From Octopus vulgaris (Eukaryota), in contig OX597824.1 of assembly GCA_951406725.2 (NCBI GenBank), positions 39,742,001 to 39,806,000 on the forward strand: a stretch of DNA of 64,000 nt, given 5' to 3'. The position numbers and the translations under genes are program-made. The notes under the pieces are model-generated. The model had not been told where the DNA came from, did not search any database, and saw only the letters and a program-made list of their open reading frames with translations. Of the stretch, positions 27,781 through 41,517 are shown piece by piece. Position 1 is the first letter of the stretch, and every line of letters begins with the position of its first letter.

Positions 27781-28110
27781 GGCGCATGGCTCAGTGGTTA
27801 GAGCGTCGAGCTTACGATTGTGAGTTTGTAAGTTCGATTCCCGGACCGGGATGCGTACTGTGTTCTTGAACAAGACACTTTATTTCACGTTGCTCCAGTT
27901 TACCCAGTTGTAGGGATGAGTTGCGACATCACTGGTGCCGAGCTGTGTCGGCCCTTGCCTTTCCCTTGGATAACATAAGTGGTGTGGTGAGGGGAGGTTG
28001 GTATGCATGGGCGACTGCTGGCCTTCAAAAACAACCTTGCCCAGACTTGTACCTCGGAGGGTAACTTTCTAGGTGCAATCCCATGGTCATTCATGACCGA
28101 AGGGGGTCTC
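27781..28110 (+). mobile_element. tRNA-derived SINE family B, full length
   Basis: ggcgcatggctcagtggttagagcg A-box, agttcgattcc B-box, CORE-like tgtgttcttgaacaagacacttta. Homologous copy at 47604-47931. Confidence 0.9.
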
Positions 28111-28380
28111 CTCCTCCATACATATATGTATATGTATATATATATAATAAATATCAGGGTATGAAAAACTTTTAGGCATTTTTTACTACCAGTGGCCTAA
28201 GCATGTAGAAAACTAGTCAATAGACTATATATTGTTCAAATAAATACAGTGTACATTTAAACACATAAGATGTAACCATCATAGGACACCTAGCACGCTA
28301 GAAGGAGTAGCCAAAATCCAAACCACTATTAGGGATAAATTTCGAAGGGAAGGAAAAATAAAAACATTTACCATCTATCT

Positions 28381-28450
28381 CCTGGACTATGGTTTCGAAC
28401 TCTAAATTAGCAAATAAAGTAATTTACTAGGCGGAGTTCTCTTCAGCAAG
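28381..28450 (-). ncRNA. Hammerhead ribozyme motif (left arm)
   Basis: Minus strand: CTTG-CTGAAGA-GAACTC..TAGTAAAT..ATTTGCTA..GAGTTC-GAAA-CCATAG-TC-CAGG. Confidence 0.78.
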
Positions 28451-28622
28451 GTCGCCAAGATTAACATATAATACGAGGCAATACAGTAAATGCTTCGTGC
28501 TTGTATATTATTTTTTTTTCAAATCCACCGCGCAAGCGCAGTATTTTTGTCGGCAGTAAATAAATATAATGCCGGCATTTCTTCCATTTATTGCCTCGTA
28601 TGTATATTTTAATCTTGGCGTC

Positions 28623-28692
28623 CCTGCTGAAGAGAGCTCCGCCTAGCAAATTAATTTATTTGCTAATTTAGAGTTCGAAACCATGGTCCAGG
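28623..28692 (+). ncRNA. Hammerhead ribozyme motif (right arm), best example in the window
   Basis: CCTG-CTGAAGA-GAGCTC-cgcc-TAGCAAAT(taattt)ATTTGCTA-attta-GAGTTC-GAAA-CCATGG-TC-CAGG. All core residues present; stem I CCUG/CAGG; palindromic ACCAUGGU; predicted GUC cut after 28688. Confidence 0.85.
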
Positions 28693-28893
28693 AGATAGAT
28701 GGTAAATGTTTTTATTTTTCATTCCCTTCGAAATTTATCCCTAATAGTGGTTTGGATTTTGGCTACTCCTTTTAGCATTCTATGTGTGCTATGATGGTCA
28801 CCTCTTATGTGTTTAAATGTACACTGTATTTATGTGTGTATGTGTGTGTGCGTGTGTGTGTGTCTGTGTGTGTATATGTGTGTGTGTGCGTGC

Positions 28894-28935
<42 letters not shown>

Positions 28936-29380
28936 TATTATGCATTTGTGCATGTTCTTTTCTGTTTTAATTACTGAAATTCTTCCTTTGAAGAAGGAAC
29001 TGGTTTCTAAAAAGACATAAAGCTCCATCGTTGGAATGTAGATAACGAAACGAATGTCACATTTTAAACCTGAGAAAGTTTTGCTTACAGACTGCAGTTG
29101 TAAAGCAAAGGTGCTTAAGTTTGCGTAAGATTCATCCCATTAATTTTAAACCACATCATATATCCGATAGAAGGGTCTTCACGGACTTTTTCATGCCATC
29201 GAAGTAAATCTTGGCTTAGATGTAGAGGAGTAATTATATATTTTTGCTTGTTTTTTGTATATATGTATGTATATATATATATGTATGTATGTATGTGTGT
29301 ATATGTGCAGACTTGTATGTTTTGCTTCATATATGTATCCTCATGCATATAGTTGCATTTCTAGACATGCTCATATATAT

Positions 29381-30335
29381 TTAAATGATAAACGGCTGGT
29401 AAGTTTTAGAGAATTTTTAAGTTCCACGGATAAGTTAGATCTGTAGTCTTCGAATTAGCTTTCTTGTTTCTGGTTTTGAGAAGTTCAGTTTCTTATGGTT
29501 GGTGTTTAAGCAGTGTGTACATATCCAAGGGCCCCAATAATTACAGATATAAATCTGAACATGTAATATATAGAGAGTAACTGCAGATTTCTCAATATTT
29601 CAGCTTAAGTATCCTCTTCTTCACTGATCTTCAACCTTATTTTAACATCCGCTGGGCAGCTAATTTCCACAATTGTACACAGTTTCTCTTCTTTATCCAA
29701 AATCATTATATCAGGACTGTTGCACCTACAATTTATTGAGATCTTCACTGGGACATTCCACCAGTACTTCTTTTTATTATTTATTATTATGGATGGCCAT
29801 GGCTTCTACCATATTGTGGTGGGTTCTTATTTCTTTGTTCTCGGGGTTATCTTTCCGACGGATTTCATTATAGAGTGTCCTAGCTATAACATCATGTCTC
29901 ATCAGTAGATTATACCTTGATGACATTTTCGGACAACTGCATCGGTTGTCACATTTTACTGCTTTGTTCATCAAGTATTTAGTTGATATTTCCTGTTCCT
30001 AGATTGCAAATGCATACCATTCAAAGTGGGAGGTAGTAATCCAGCTATTGCTCAATGATAGACTGCTTTGATGATCAATGTTACTATCATCTCGTAGCTT
30101 TCAACTAATATATCCTTGCACAATCTTCCGCTCATATAGGCTCATCCTTTCATCTGATGATACGTTGCGGTAGAGTCGTGCGACCTCTTTGGGCATGTAT
30201 TCTAGGTTATCCGACAAGGCATGTTGCTCAAGGTGCTGCCTTCTATGTCTTATGATGTTATCAGCCTCATGTATAAATACTTAGTCAAGGGATCTACTGC
30301 GACATTTGGTGGTTAAAAGATGTTGCCGAAGAGAT
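29381..30335 (-). mobile_element. 3' fragment of a REL-endonuclease non-LTR retrotransposon (R4/NeSL/R2 group), decayed
   Basis: Minus strand SCPKMSSRY..MRHDVIAR and SPDIMILDKEEKLCTIVEISCPADV correspond to the RHD and PD..D..E motifs of REL endonucleases. Frameshifted. Confidence 0.8.
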
Positions 30336-31202
30336 TATGTATGTATGTATGTATGTATGTATGTATGTATATATGTATGTATGTATGCATGCATGCATGA
30401 ACGTACGTTTACGTATCTATGTAATTAGTAAGATTAATACGGAGCCAATGTTTGGCATTAGCTACTGTTGTTTTAAAATGCTTTATCTCTCTCATATTGC
30501 ACATGTAACCTTCTAAGACATACCTACTACTTATTATCTATAGCCCGTCGGCTGGAGGTTGTCAAGAATTTTAACTCTATGACGAGGATCAAAACAAACA
30601 ATTTATACCAGATTTGAAATCATGACCAGTAAGTAATACGATATTTCTCTGCTGGGACATTTCCAAGAGTAAGTTAAGTAAATTACACATAAATTTCAAT
30701 TTGTTAGCATTAACAATGTAAATCCTTCTAAATCACAATATGATACGTTCGATATTGTAGTTCATGATACACTATGAGTGAAATATAAACTGAACTGTTC
30801 TGGGTGGAAGAAATTTTATCATAGGTCTGCTTAATTAAGGTTGATCTGGTCTTTAAACAATAGCAATAACAGCCAAAATGAAAATAAAGTAATGATACAG
30901 AATAAAAGTGACCGAGGTTTATTATGTTGCTATTAAGAATATTGAGTTTATTGCGTGTTACTGAGATCAAACTTCGAGACTCAACCAAGAGAAAACTTTT
31001 ACATTTTCACAGGATTTGTTAGAAATAACAAGCATATCACCTTTTGATTAAAACCTACCGTCTTCATGAGAAGAAAGGACATATTGAAGTTATCCCCCTT
31101 GATTTCTTTAACCAGAGTTAGTGTTTAACGTAATTACTGGTTCTCTTCAGTATAGGTATAATTTTAATTAAATGTCATTTCTAGGCTCATTAATTGCCGT
31201 AT

Positions 31203-31302
31203 ATGATACGTTGCGGCAGAGTCGTGCGACCTCTTTGGGCATGTATTCTAGGTTATCCGACAAGGCAAGTAGCTCAAGGAGCTGCCTTCCATGTCTTATG
31301 AT
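31203..31302 (-). repeat. About 100-bp internal piece of the REL-LINE, second copy of 30158-30256
   Basis: tgatacgttgcgg.agagtcgtgcgacc...atgtcttatgat occurs twice, with a few substitutions. Confidence 0.85.
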
Positions 31303-31992
31303 AAACAATGTAAATATTAGAGTAAAATTTACCAATACAACCTGAGCTTACTGCATCTTATGGCAATTCTTTGGCTTTTAAGCTTACATTCTTATTTAAT
31401 GTGACAGCAACACTAGAATGATTTACGAATTTCAAATGTATTCTCTTGCTTGAAGAAGCCTGGGATAATCTGAAATCAGTCTAGTCACTGACACTGATAC
31501 ATACTCCATCTATTTTCAGATGTAGTGTATTTTAGGCACTGGGGATATTTTTGAAAACACACATAAAAGTCAACATGTCAAAAAGACTTTAAGCCACACT
31601 TTCTGTCCGGCAACTCGGGGAAAATCTTTGGCAAGTGCTCAAACGTTTCACTTTTTTCTTCCGTGATAGGTTTATGATGAAATCCTAAGTGTCCAGCAAA
31701 ATTCTGTGAAAGTGAGTCACATATCTTTTACGACTGTAATGGTGATAATGTTGCAATGGTTTTCTACTTACAAATGTCTAGAGTTCTTTGTCAATAGACC
31801 AAGATATCTGTCAAGATCGCCGGATAATGGATGTGTAACTTCAACACCTCAGTACAAAACACTACGTACAGGTGCACTACAGATTCGCAAATTTGAAGGG
31901 CAATCATCTTATTGACCAAGAGATTGACGATATTTAATATAATGATTTTTTTAATTTTGAAGACACGGACAACTTCTGAGTGAAAAAAAGGA

Positions 31993-32412
31993 AGGCGGCG
32001 AGCTGGAAGAAACGTTAGCATGCCAGGCGAAATGCGTAGCCATATTTCGTCTGCCGTTACGTTCTGAGTTCAAATTCCGCCGAGGTTGACTTTGCCTTTC
32101 ATCCTTTCGGGGTCGATAAATTAAGTACCAGTTACGCACTGGGGTCAATATAACCGACTTAATCCGTCTGTTCTTGTTTGTCCCCTCTGTGTTTAGCCCC
32201 TTGTGGGTAGTAAAGAAATAGGTATTTCGTCTGCCGCTACGTTCTGAGTTCAAATTCCGCCGAGGTCGACTTTGCCTTTCATCCTTTCGGGGTCGATAAA
32301 TTAAGTACCAGTTACGCACTGGGGTCGATATAATCGACTTCATCCCTTTGTCAGTCCTTGTTTCTCCCCTCTGTGTGGCAATAAAGAAATAATTGTGGGC
32401 AATAAAGAAATA
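31993..32412 (+). mobile_element. Tandem SINE family A: full monomer plus 5'-truncated monomer
   Basis: 31993-32220 is complete; 32221-32412 restarts at gtatttcgtctgccg and ends with a duplicated gtgggcaataaagaaata tail. Confidence 0.9.
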
Positions 32413-32999
32413 AGAGATTGCCGATAAGGATTTTATTATTCAATGAGTATATTCAATAACTTGATAATAATATTTCACTGTTATTTTTAAACAGGTCAAC
32501 TGACGAAGTAGAGGTTCCCTAGTAACTGGTGGTGAACACAAGTTCAATCTCCGAGCGATACTTTCAACGGTAGAATGTTGCCAAGACTCAATAAAATAAG
32601 GCGTTGAATAACCATAAAAACAAATATAAATATTGTAAAAGACGTTTTCATACTATCAATAGAGTAACACTGAATCAACAGATGGAGCTAAATTTCAGAA
32701 TTCTTCGTTTTCCAACAGATTTTATGCTAAATACAACGCGCGTTTTTGGCTTTTTTTTTTTTTTTACTTAATTCTACATTTTAGCTTTTATTCGAATATT
32801 TGCATTGTTTATTTTTATATTACTTCGTGCTCTTTTTATTACTGTTGTTCCTGTTGCTAATGCAGTTACTTTTGCAACTCTCTACTATTGAGAAATTAGG
32901 AAGTGTCTAAACATTTAAATTAGACTAAATTTGCATTAATGTTGCTACTAACTAATCTTATCAATAATTGAAAGTGACATTTTTACTCTTGTTAATCGA

Positions 33000-33278
<279 letters not shown>

Positions 33279-33931
33279 ATTCTTCATCATTTTTCTATTT
33301 TCGTGCCTCTTTCCTTCACTGCTATCTTTCTTTTTGTCTTTTGGGCTATCTTTCAATTATATCTCTTCTTTTCACCGACATCGTTGGGTGTTTTATAATT
33401 TTTCTTTAATTTTCTTTGGTTTATTTATCTGTTTGTTTGTTCGTTCGTTGTTGTGTTGTGTGGTGTTGTTTGTTTGTCAACGCTAGGATGGTGAAAATTT
33501 ATGTTTTCTAAGTGGCATAAAATATCAATTAGCGAGCTAATTACCTTATTCTTCATTGAATGAAATTGTGCTTAGGACAAACATAGAAAGCGCAGAATTA
33601 TTTCTTTTTTCTTATTCTCTTATCTTATATTCTTGTTTCAAACATATTTTTTAACAAGTGCAAGTAACTTTCTTTTAGAATTAAATGCAAAAAGAAAAAT
33701 ACATAAAAAACCTAAAGGGAACAAAAATTAACAGCAACAAAAAGGTTTAAAAAAAAAAGACAATAACTAATCACTTTTGACTTATTCATGAAGTTTGATG
33801 TGGACATTCGGATGACACTACTGACGAGAAACGGCATGACATGTTGACATATTGTATTAAGTTGATTTCAGAGAAAGAAAGGAAGGAACGAAGGAAGGGA
33901 CGAAGGAAAGAAGAACCAAAGAAAAAGAAGT

Positions 33932-34150
33932 TGATGATGATGATGGTGGTGGTGGTGATGGTGGTGGTGGTGGTGGTGGTGGTGGTGGTAGTAGTGATGG
34001 TGGTGTTGGTGGACGTGGGTGGTGGTGGTGATGATGATGATGAACGAGAAGAAGAAGAAGAAGAAGAAGAAGAAGAAGAAGAAGAAGAAGAAGAAGAAGA
34101 AGAAGAAGAAGAAGAAGAAGAAGAAGAAGAAGAAGAAGAAGAAGAAGAAA
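33932..34150. repeat. (GGT)n/(GAT)n/(GAA)n microsatellite
   Basis: Direct inspection; pure (GAA)n at about 34048-34149. Confidence 0.95.
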
Positions 34151-34473
34151 ACTGAGTTCGAAAGCAAAAACAGCAATAAAAGTATTATTAACATCATCAT
34201 CATCATCATCATCATCAGCGAAAAAACAATTACAATAATAAGGAGGTTTAAGTGTCGAAAACTGAATAAAGGAAAGATCAAATTACGTGAAATTACCATT
34301 TAATTATCCAGCTTAACATTGCCATCCATGTTTGTTTTCCTGTTAAAACATTTCAACCAACAGAAGTGATCATGGAAATCAATCAATTTACGCACAATAT
34401 ATAAGTACATACACACATACATACATACATACATACATACATACATACATGCATATATATATATATAAAGATG

Positions 34474-34553
<80 letters not shown>

Positions 34554-34771
34554 TATACATATATATACATACATATATATTTACATACATATATATATAC
34601 ACACATATATATATACATATATACATATATATACATACATATATGTATATATATATATATATATATATACAGAAATAGATAGAAATGCGGATACACACAC
34701 ACACCCATATATATATATATACATACAGACACTTATAACCATGAGAGTGCTTATAAATGTATGCGCATGAG

Positions 34772-34803
<32 letters not shown>

Positions 34804-35094
34804 CATACATATATGTGTTTGTAGGTATATATATCTCCAAACAGTTCGCATACTCATACATGTATTTCACACATATACTCTACATAGATATTTGTAAATA
34901 TGTACACATATTGACATCTACACATGTACAAGTATATATATATGTGTATGTGTGTATGTGTGTTTGTATATGTATATACATATATGTTCGAATATGTGTG
35001 TATAAATACATTTATGTGATTGTATGCATGTATATATACATATATCTATATCTATGTATATCTAGGTGCATTTGTATATGTGTATATGTATGCT

Positions 35095-35151
<57 letters not shown>

Positions 35152-35182
35152 ACAAACTATTCTTCACTCCATCTCCCTCTCT

Positions 35183-35226
<44 letters not shown>

Positions 35227-35638
35227 TTCTCTGGTATCTTTTCTGTCATTTTTTTCTATTTTCTGCTCATTCATACCAGAGCTACAGCATTGACGTAATA
35301 AAAGAAACAAATTTAACATTAGGTAAAAGTAATAAAAACAGTGATGTTTGTAGACAAATAATTCTATTCATTGACAAGGTTTTTGAACCGGTCTCAACCA
35401 ACATTTCTTCGGTGATTTATTCCTCGTTCTGTATTTTACCATTCTCATCATAATCATCGCTTCTTCATTAATATCACAGAGTCATCAAAATCATCGTGAT
35501 CAAATACTTACTTTCACGTGTTTCAGTTATTGGACAGCGACCATGTAGAAGCGTCATCTTGAAAGTCTATTCATTGAAAATCGAACCAGTAGTATTTTAC
35601 ACCGATTACTTACCCTATCTCCTTCATTTTTTAACTAT

Positions 35639-35676
<38 letters not shown>

Positions 35677-35678
<2 letters not shown>

Positions 35679-35870
35679 TTGGTTGGTTGGCATCCTTTCT
35701 GTCTCGGGAGACAATGGAGTTGCGCCTAAGGTAGTCTAGTCCGGCTTTTATATTTCATGTCCTGATACATTTCCTGCTGTGGCTGTGTAGTCCTATCCTG
35801 GACAAACACTCCCTCTGGCAGGTACCGCAAATGTAGCGAAGACTGTTCCTGGCTGGTTGTAATACCATAG
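35677..35870 (-). mobile_element. 3' end of an RTE-clade LINE
   Basis: Minus strand YICGTCQRECLSRIGLHSHSRKC* is the C-terminal CxxC..SRIGL.SH motif typical of RTE ORFs. It is followed by a gtctc/gagac hairpin and a (CCAA)n tail. Confidence 0.8.
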
Positions 35871-35959
35871 TCTCTATATATTGGCCTGGACCAATCTTTG
35901 GTCGAAACATATCTAAGTTTATCTAAGTTTATATATATATATATTTATATGTTTTTATT

Positions 35960-36175
35960 TTCTCATTTCGCCCCTGTCGAATTTTATTCCTAATTTTGTG
36001 GTTATAGAACCTAGCTGTTCTTTCTAGCGTGTTGAATCCCACGAGTGGATTCCTCATGTGTTTAAATGTACACTGTATTTTATGACTAATACATAGTCTT
36101 TGGACTAAATTTTTACACGTTAGGCCACTGGAAATGAAAATTTTAATTAATTTCCATTTCCCTTTGATATGATTA
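35960..36175 (+). mobile_element. 3' terminus of the 28.2-kb pLTR-like family
   Basis: atgtgtttaaatgtacactgtattt...atagtct...taggccactgg matches the reverse complement of 28186-28266 and ends in TA repeats. Confidence 0.7.
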
Positions 36176-36897
36176 AGTATATATATATATATATGATTAA
36201 CACTGAAGAGATGAAGATAACCTGGAAGATTTCGTTGCCTCTTGGCAGAAACAGCTGCAAGAAACTAGCACCTGCACACCCATTTAGTTTTTTGCCAGTT
36301 TGCTCATTTGCTCAATTGCTCATTTGTTTCTATACGCTTACATGTATTCACACCCTTGTTTATGCAGTTACCATTTTTTCCACTCGCTAATCTGTAGTAC
36401 TCATGCATGTGTGTGTATTCATCCAATACATTTAAATAGACATACTGGAATGTTCACCGGCTAATGTCTGTCGATTTTATATCCTCTCCGTTTTCGCATT
36501 TGTCGTATAAATCAAGTATAAACCACTTTTTACCCTCGCCCATATATAATACTCAATTGTGAGACTGTCTTGCAATAACTAGCACTTGGCTATGAATAAC
36601 TGGGTAGACTACCAGCAGTATATTGGATAGGTATTATCCCTTAGTTGGTTTCTTAACCTCTAACTCACACAGAAATATATATATATATATACAAAATTTA
36701 GAGGACTGACCACTAAAAGTGGACACATAATATGCTAAACATAGACAGCAAATCGCCATTACCACGAAGAATGTGTTCTCAAGTAAAATCTCAGCAAACA
36801 ACCCAAATTGTATGGAAAACAATTTTTAATCTTCGGATTTTTTTTTAATATGCTAAGCTACTGGTTTTAATTGATAAATATCAATTTCTTCCCGTTT

Positions 36898-37355
<458 letters not shown>

Positions 37356-37378
37356 ATATTCATATATATATATATATA

Positions 37379-37442
<64 letters not shown>

Positions 37443-37981
37443 CTATATAGCGAGAAATGGACGTTATGAGAGGTAATGGTGCCATTGAGACCCAAAAGTG
37501 TCAGGTAATGCTGAATAAGTGCTATAGAGAGACCATAGTTAAGTCCCAGATTCGGTGATTATGCGAATAAAGGGTTCAACGTTGGTCATATGTCAGCGTG
37601 TGTATATAAATGTTTTTCCGTAATGCGTGTATATGAGTGTATCGGATACGTTTGAGTGAGTGTATGCGTATATGTATGTATGCGCATGAGTGAATACACG
37701 TATGTATGCAATGTATATATACCTGCGTATACAGGGGCGATAATACATGCAGATGCACGTATATGTGGGTGCGCATATGTGCATATACATACGAGTAAGA
37801 GTTGTATGTGTAGATATTGATATGTATAAACATCTGTATATATATATATATTTAATATATATACGTCTAATACATACATAACAATTTAACAAATAAAACA
37901 TATGCTTACATACATATATGTACATACCCACATCTATATGTATATATACATGCATATATATATATATATATATATATATAA

Positions 37982-38210
37982 GTACAGGACACCACAAATA
38001 AACGTAGAACACAACGAGAAACGAAAACATAAAAACAAACAAGGAAACGGACTTTTTTTAACAACGAAAAAACAGAGTACAAGACAAACAATACAAGGAA
38101 TATCCCCCTTCATCAGCTTCCCCTGGTTCGACTCAATGCGTGTTTCGAAGGTAAGGGCAGAACACGATCCGGCCGAAGCAATCCTTCCTGCAAAATACAT
38201 CTTCACATAT
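37982..38210 (-). mobile_element. pLTR-like repeat remnant ending at (TA)n
   Basis: Same layout as 20073-20455, including GAAA...CTGATGAAGGG. Confidence 0.45.
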
Positions 38211-38283
38211 ATATTTTCATATATTACTAAGCACCTGGCTTGCCAAGCCATCTAAATTCCTAAATTCTTAATTCATTGCTACT

Positions 38284-38344
<61 letters not shown>

Positions 38345-38990
38345 CATCACTTAGACTCTACCACTACACATTTGTCACTCCTTTACCTTTTATCACCCCC
38401 AAACCTTCTATCTCTTTACACTCTAATACCTTTTTCTCTCTATCACCCTTTATCTCCCCACTCCTACTTTCAAATTATCTCCATTGACCACTAACTGGTA
38501 CACTTTCCCTTATCTATATCTTTGTTTTTCTTATTTTCTTTTTTCCTTCTTTCCTTTATACCTCTCTTCCTGTTTTTAAAAAAAAATTTTATCGTATTTT
38601 TTCATTATTTTTCTTCTTACTTTCTTCTTCTTCTCTCTTTCTTCTCTTTTTTCTCTTCTTTTTCACTTTCTTTATTCCTCTCTTCCTGTTTACGATTTGA
38701 CCCTACTCATACACTTTAAATAATTTAGTTTACTTTAAATAAAATCCTTGATTCAATAACACTGTATAAACTCTATGCTTGGAATGACCAATTTTAAATA
38801 CTGGTGGATTGGGCAACAGGGTCAGACAGCTTACGCAATACTGACAACCAGCATGCGGATACGTGGGTGTACTACATATAATAATTTAAATTTTGATTTT
38901 TAATCCATATGTATCCGAATTGAGTGGCAGATTTACTTGATCATTTGTTTTAACATCACAGGTACGAAAACATATACAAGTATAAATATA

Positions 38991-39385
38991 GTCGTAGGAG
39001 CTGCCGTGTGGTAAACAGCTTGCTTTCGGGTTAGTGCCACTGCGTAGCTCCTTGAGCAAGTGTCTTCCACTAGAACCTCGGGCCGATCAAACACTTGTAT
39101 GGGAATTTGGTGGACGGAAACTGGAAACGCTTGTCTATATATATATATATATATATATAAATGTATGTATGTATGTATGTATTCGTGTATTCAGTGTTTG
39201 ACCCCCCATCATCGCTTGACAACCGATGCTGTTGTGCTTACGTCTTCGTAAGCTAGCGGTCCGGCAAAAGAGACAATTAGAATAAGTACTAGGCTTACAA
39301 AGAATAAGTTCTGGGGTCGACTAAAGGTGGTGCTCCAGCATGGCCGGAGTCAAATGACCGAAACGAGTAGAAGAATAACAGAATA
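38991..39385 (+). mobile_element. tRNA-derived SINE family C with internal TA microsatellite
   Basis: Homologous to 41113-41517; tail ggtgctccagcatggcc..agtcaaatgac.gaaac. Confidence 0.85.
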
Positions 39386-40538
39386 TAGATGTGTGTGTGT
39401 GTGTGTGTCAGTGTTACTTTTTTTTCATTTTTGTTTTTCAGTTTCCCGATTTCTGATGCCTTAACTTCAGAAATCAGTTCCGTGATTATTGGTTTTCTAA
39501 GTAGACAGAAGGTATAACGTCACCACTGTACACCAGCATTTTGTAATTTTTCTCTTATTTGCGCATTCATATATATTTATATATATACATGTAATATATA
39601 CACACACATACACATATACTGTTATTTTATTATTAATTTGTGTTACATACTGAAAAAACACTGGTTCTTTTATCTACTGACTTATCTTTATATCTTTTTT
39701 TAGTTCATTATTTTGATTCTGATTAAAATTTGCGATGTTCTTCAATAACAACGACGAAAGTTTTCCCTTGTAGCTATAAAGATAGGATAGAAACGATACA
39801 TTCTGCTTTTCTCACATATAAGACAAGCAACAAACAAAATAGTAGTCCTCTGTTAATCAGAAAACATTCAGATAACTTCTTTACATATAAATATTTGAAG
39901 AGTAACTCAGGTAGGCGTGGTAACGTACATCACATGCTAAATGAGGAAACAGCCTTCAGGGGGATCTTCCAAGTAAGAATACTTTATCAAAACGCAGTAT
40001 ATTTGAATCATAAAATAATATTTTGTTATACTGTCGTGTGCAGGGACGATATGTCGTTTTGTTGTGGTTGTCGTTGTTGTTGTTCTTCTTGTTTAGTCCC
40101 AAGCTGGGTAGGCGATCAAAGGCATTCAAACTGAGTAGGCGATCAAAGGCATTCAAACCGGAACAATTGCATTATTCTTTTCTCGAAATAAAGAGTACAC
40201 CAGATTACATAAATTCAGTGTAGTTGAAGGTACACTACTGTAAGCGTATCTCCGTCAATGTTGCCTGTCTGAGATAGAACTTACTCTCGAAGTTTCGTGA
40301 ATGAACCATATTCAGGAGCTGGAACATCAATTATTTTTCTTGTTTTCAGTCCAAGTTAACATAGTAATATGCTTGAGAGCTTGTATGTGAGAATGTGGGA
40401 AAAAAAGAAACAGAAAAAAAGGAAATAAAAATGAGAGGCAGTAACAAAATGCACGTGGGACTGGTTAACATTAGTTAAACGTACTGACACATATATATAT
40501 TTATATAAATATATATATTTATATAAATATATTTATTG

Positions 40539-40570
<32 letters not shown>

Positions 40571-40667
40571 GTTTATTTATATATATATATGTATACATGT
40601 AGTTATATAAATATATGTGCATATTTATATATATATTCATTTATATTTATGTATGTGTGTATGTATG

Positions 40668-40702
<35 letters not shown>

Positions 40703-40762
40703 ATATATATATGTATATATATATATGTGTGTATGTATATTTACATATACATATAGAATATA

Positions 40763-40916
40763 AATTAGAGATAAAAACCACTATTATGCAATTCAAACAA
40801 TGATAGACATAAACCAAAACATAAATAACAAATAAAATATATTTTCATAAAATATATAACTAAATCACAAAAAGTATAAAAATGAATAATCAATATATAA
40901 TAAGTAATAAGTAATA

Positions 40917-40979
<63 letters not shown>

Positions 40980-41050
40980 GAATTAGAGATAAAACCACTA
41001 TCATGCAACTCAAACAGTGATAGACATAAACCAATACATAAATAACAAAT
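40763..41050 (+). repeat. Two copies of a terminus of about 70 bp (40763-40832, 40981-41050) shared with 13204
   Basis: aattagagataaaaccacta.tatgcaa.tcaaaca.tgatagacataaacca, each copy preceded by TA-rich repeat. Confidence 0.8.
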
Positions 41051-41064
41051 AATGTATATAATTA

Positions 41065-41105
<41 letters not shown>

Positions 41106-41112
41106 TTTTATT

Positions 41113-41517
41113 TCTCTTTCTCTTTCTCTTTTACTTGTTTCAGTCATTTGACTGCGGTCATGCTGGAGCACCGCCTTTAGTCGAGCAAATCGACCCCGGG
41201 ACTTATTCTTTGTAAGCCCAGTACTTATTCTATCGGTCTCTTTTTTGCCGAAACGCTAAGTAACGGGGACGTAAACACACCAGCATCGGTTGTCAAGCAA
41301 TGCTAGGGGGACAAACACAGACACACAAACACACACACATATATATATATACATATATACGACAGGCTTCTTTCAGTTTCTGTCTACCAAATCCACTCAC
41401 AAGGCATTGGTCGGCCCGGGGCTATAGCAGAAGACACTCGCCCAAGATGCCACGCAGTGGGACTGAGCCCGGAACCATGTGGTTGGTTAGCAAGCTACTT
41501 ACCACACAGCCACTCCT
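41113..41517 (-). mobile_element. tRNA-derived SINE family C, full length
   Basis: Minus strand ggagtggctgtgtggtaagtagc head, internal (TA)/(TG) tract, LINE-like tail. Confidence 0.88.

Larger units (their letters stand above)
28150..28833. mobile_element. Fold-back pLTR-like element, about 245-bp inverted arms, one hammerhead per arm
   Basis: 28240-28483 and 28589-28833 are reverse complements with about 105-nt spacer, flanked by TA/TG microsatellites. Confidence 0.8.

Noticed and set aside
27781-27855. tRNA gene (also 47604, 23608, 37165-37237)
   Set aside because: A/B boxes continue into a shared SINE body and no clean cloverleaf or terminator is evident; these are SINE heads.
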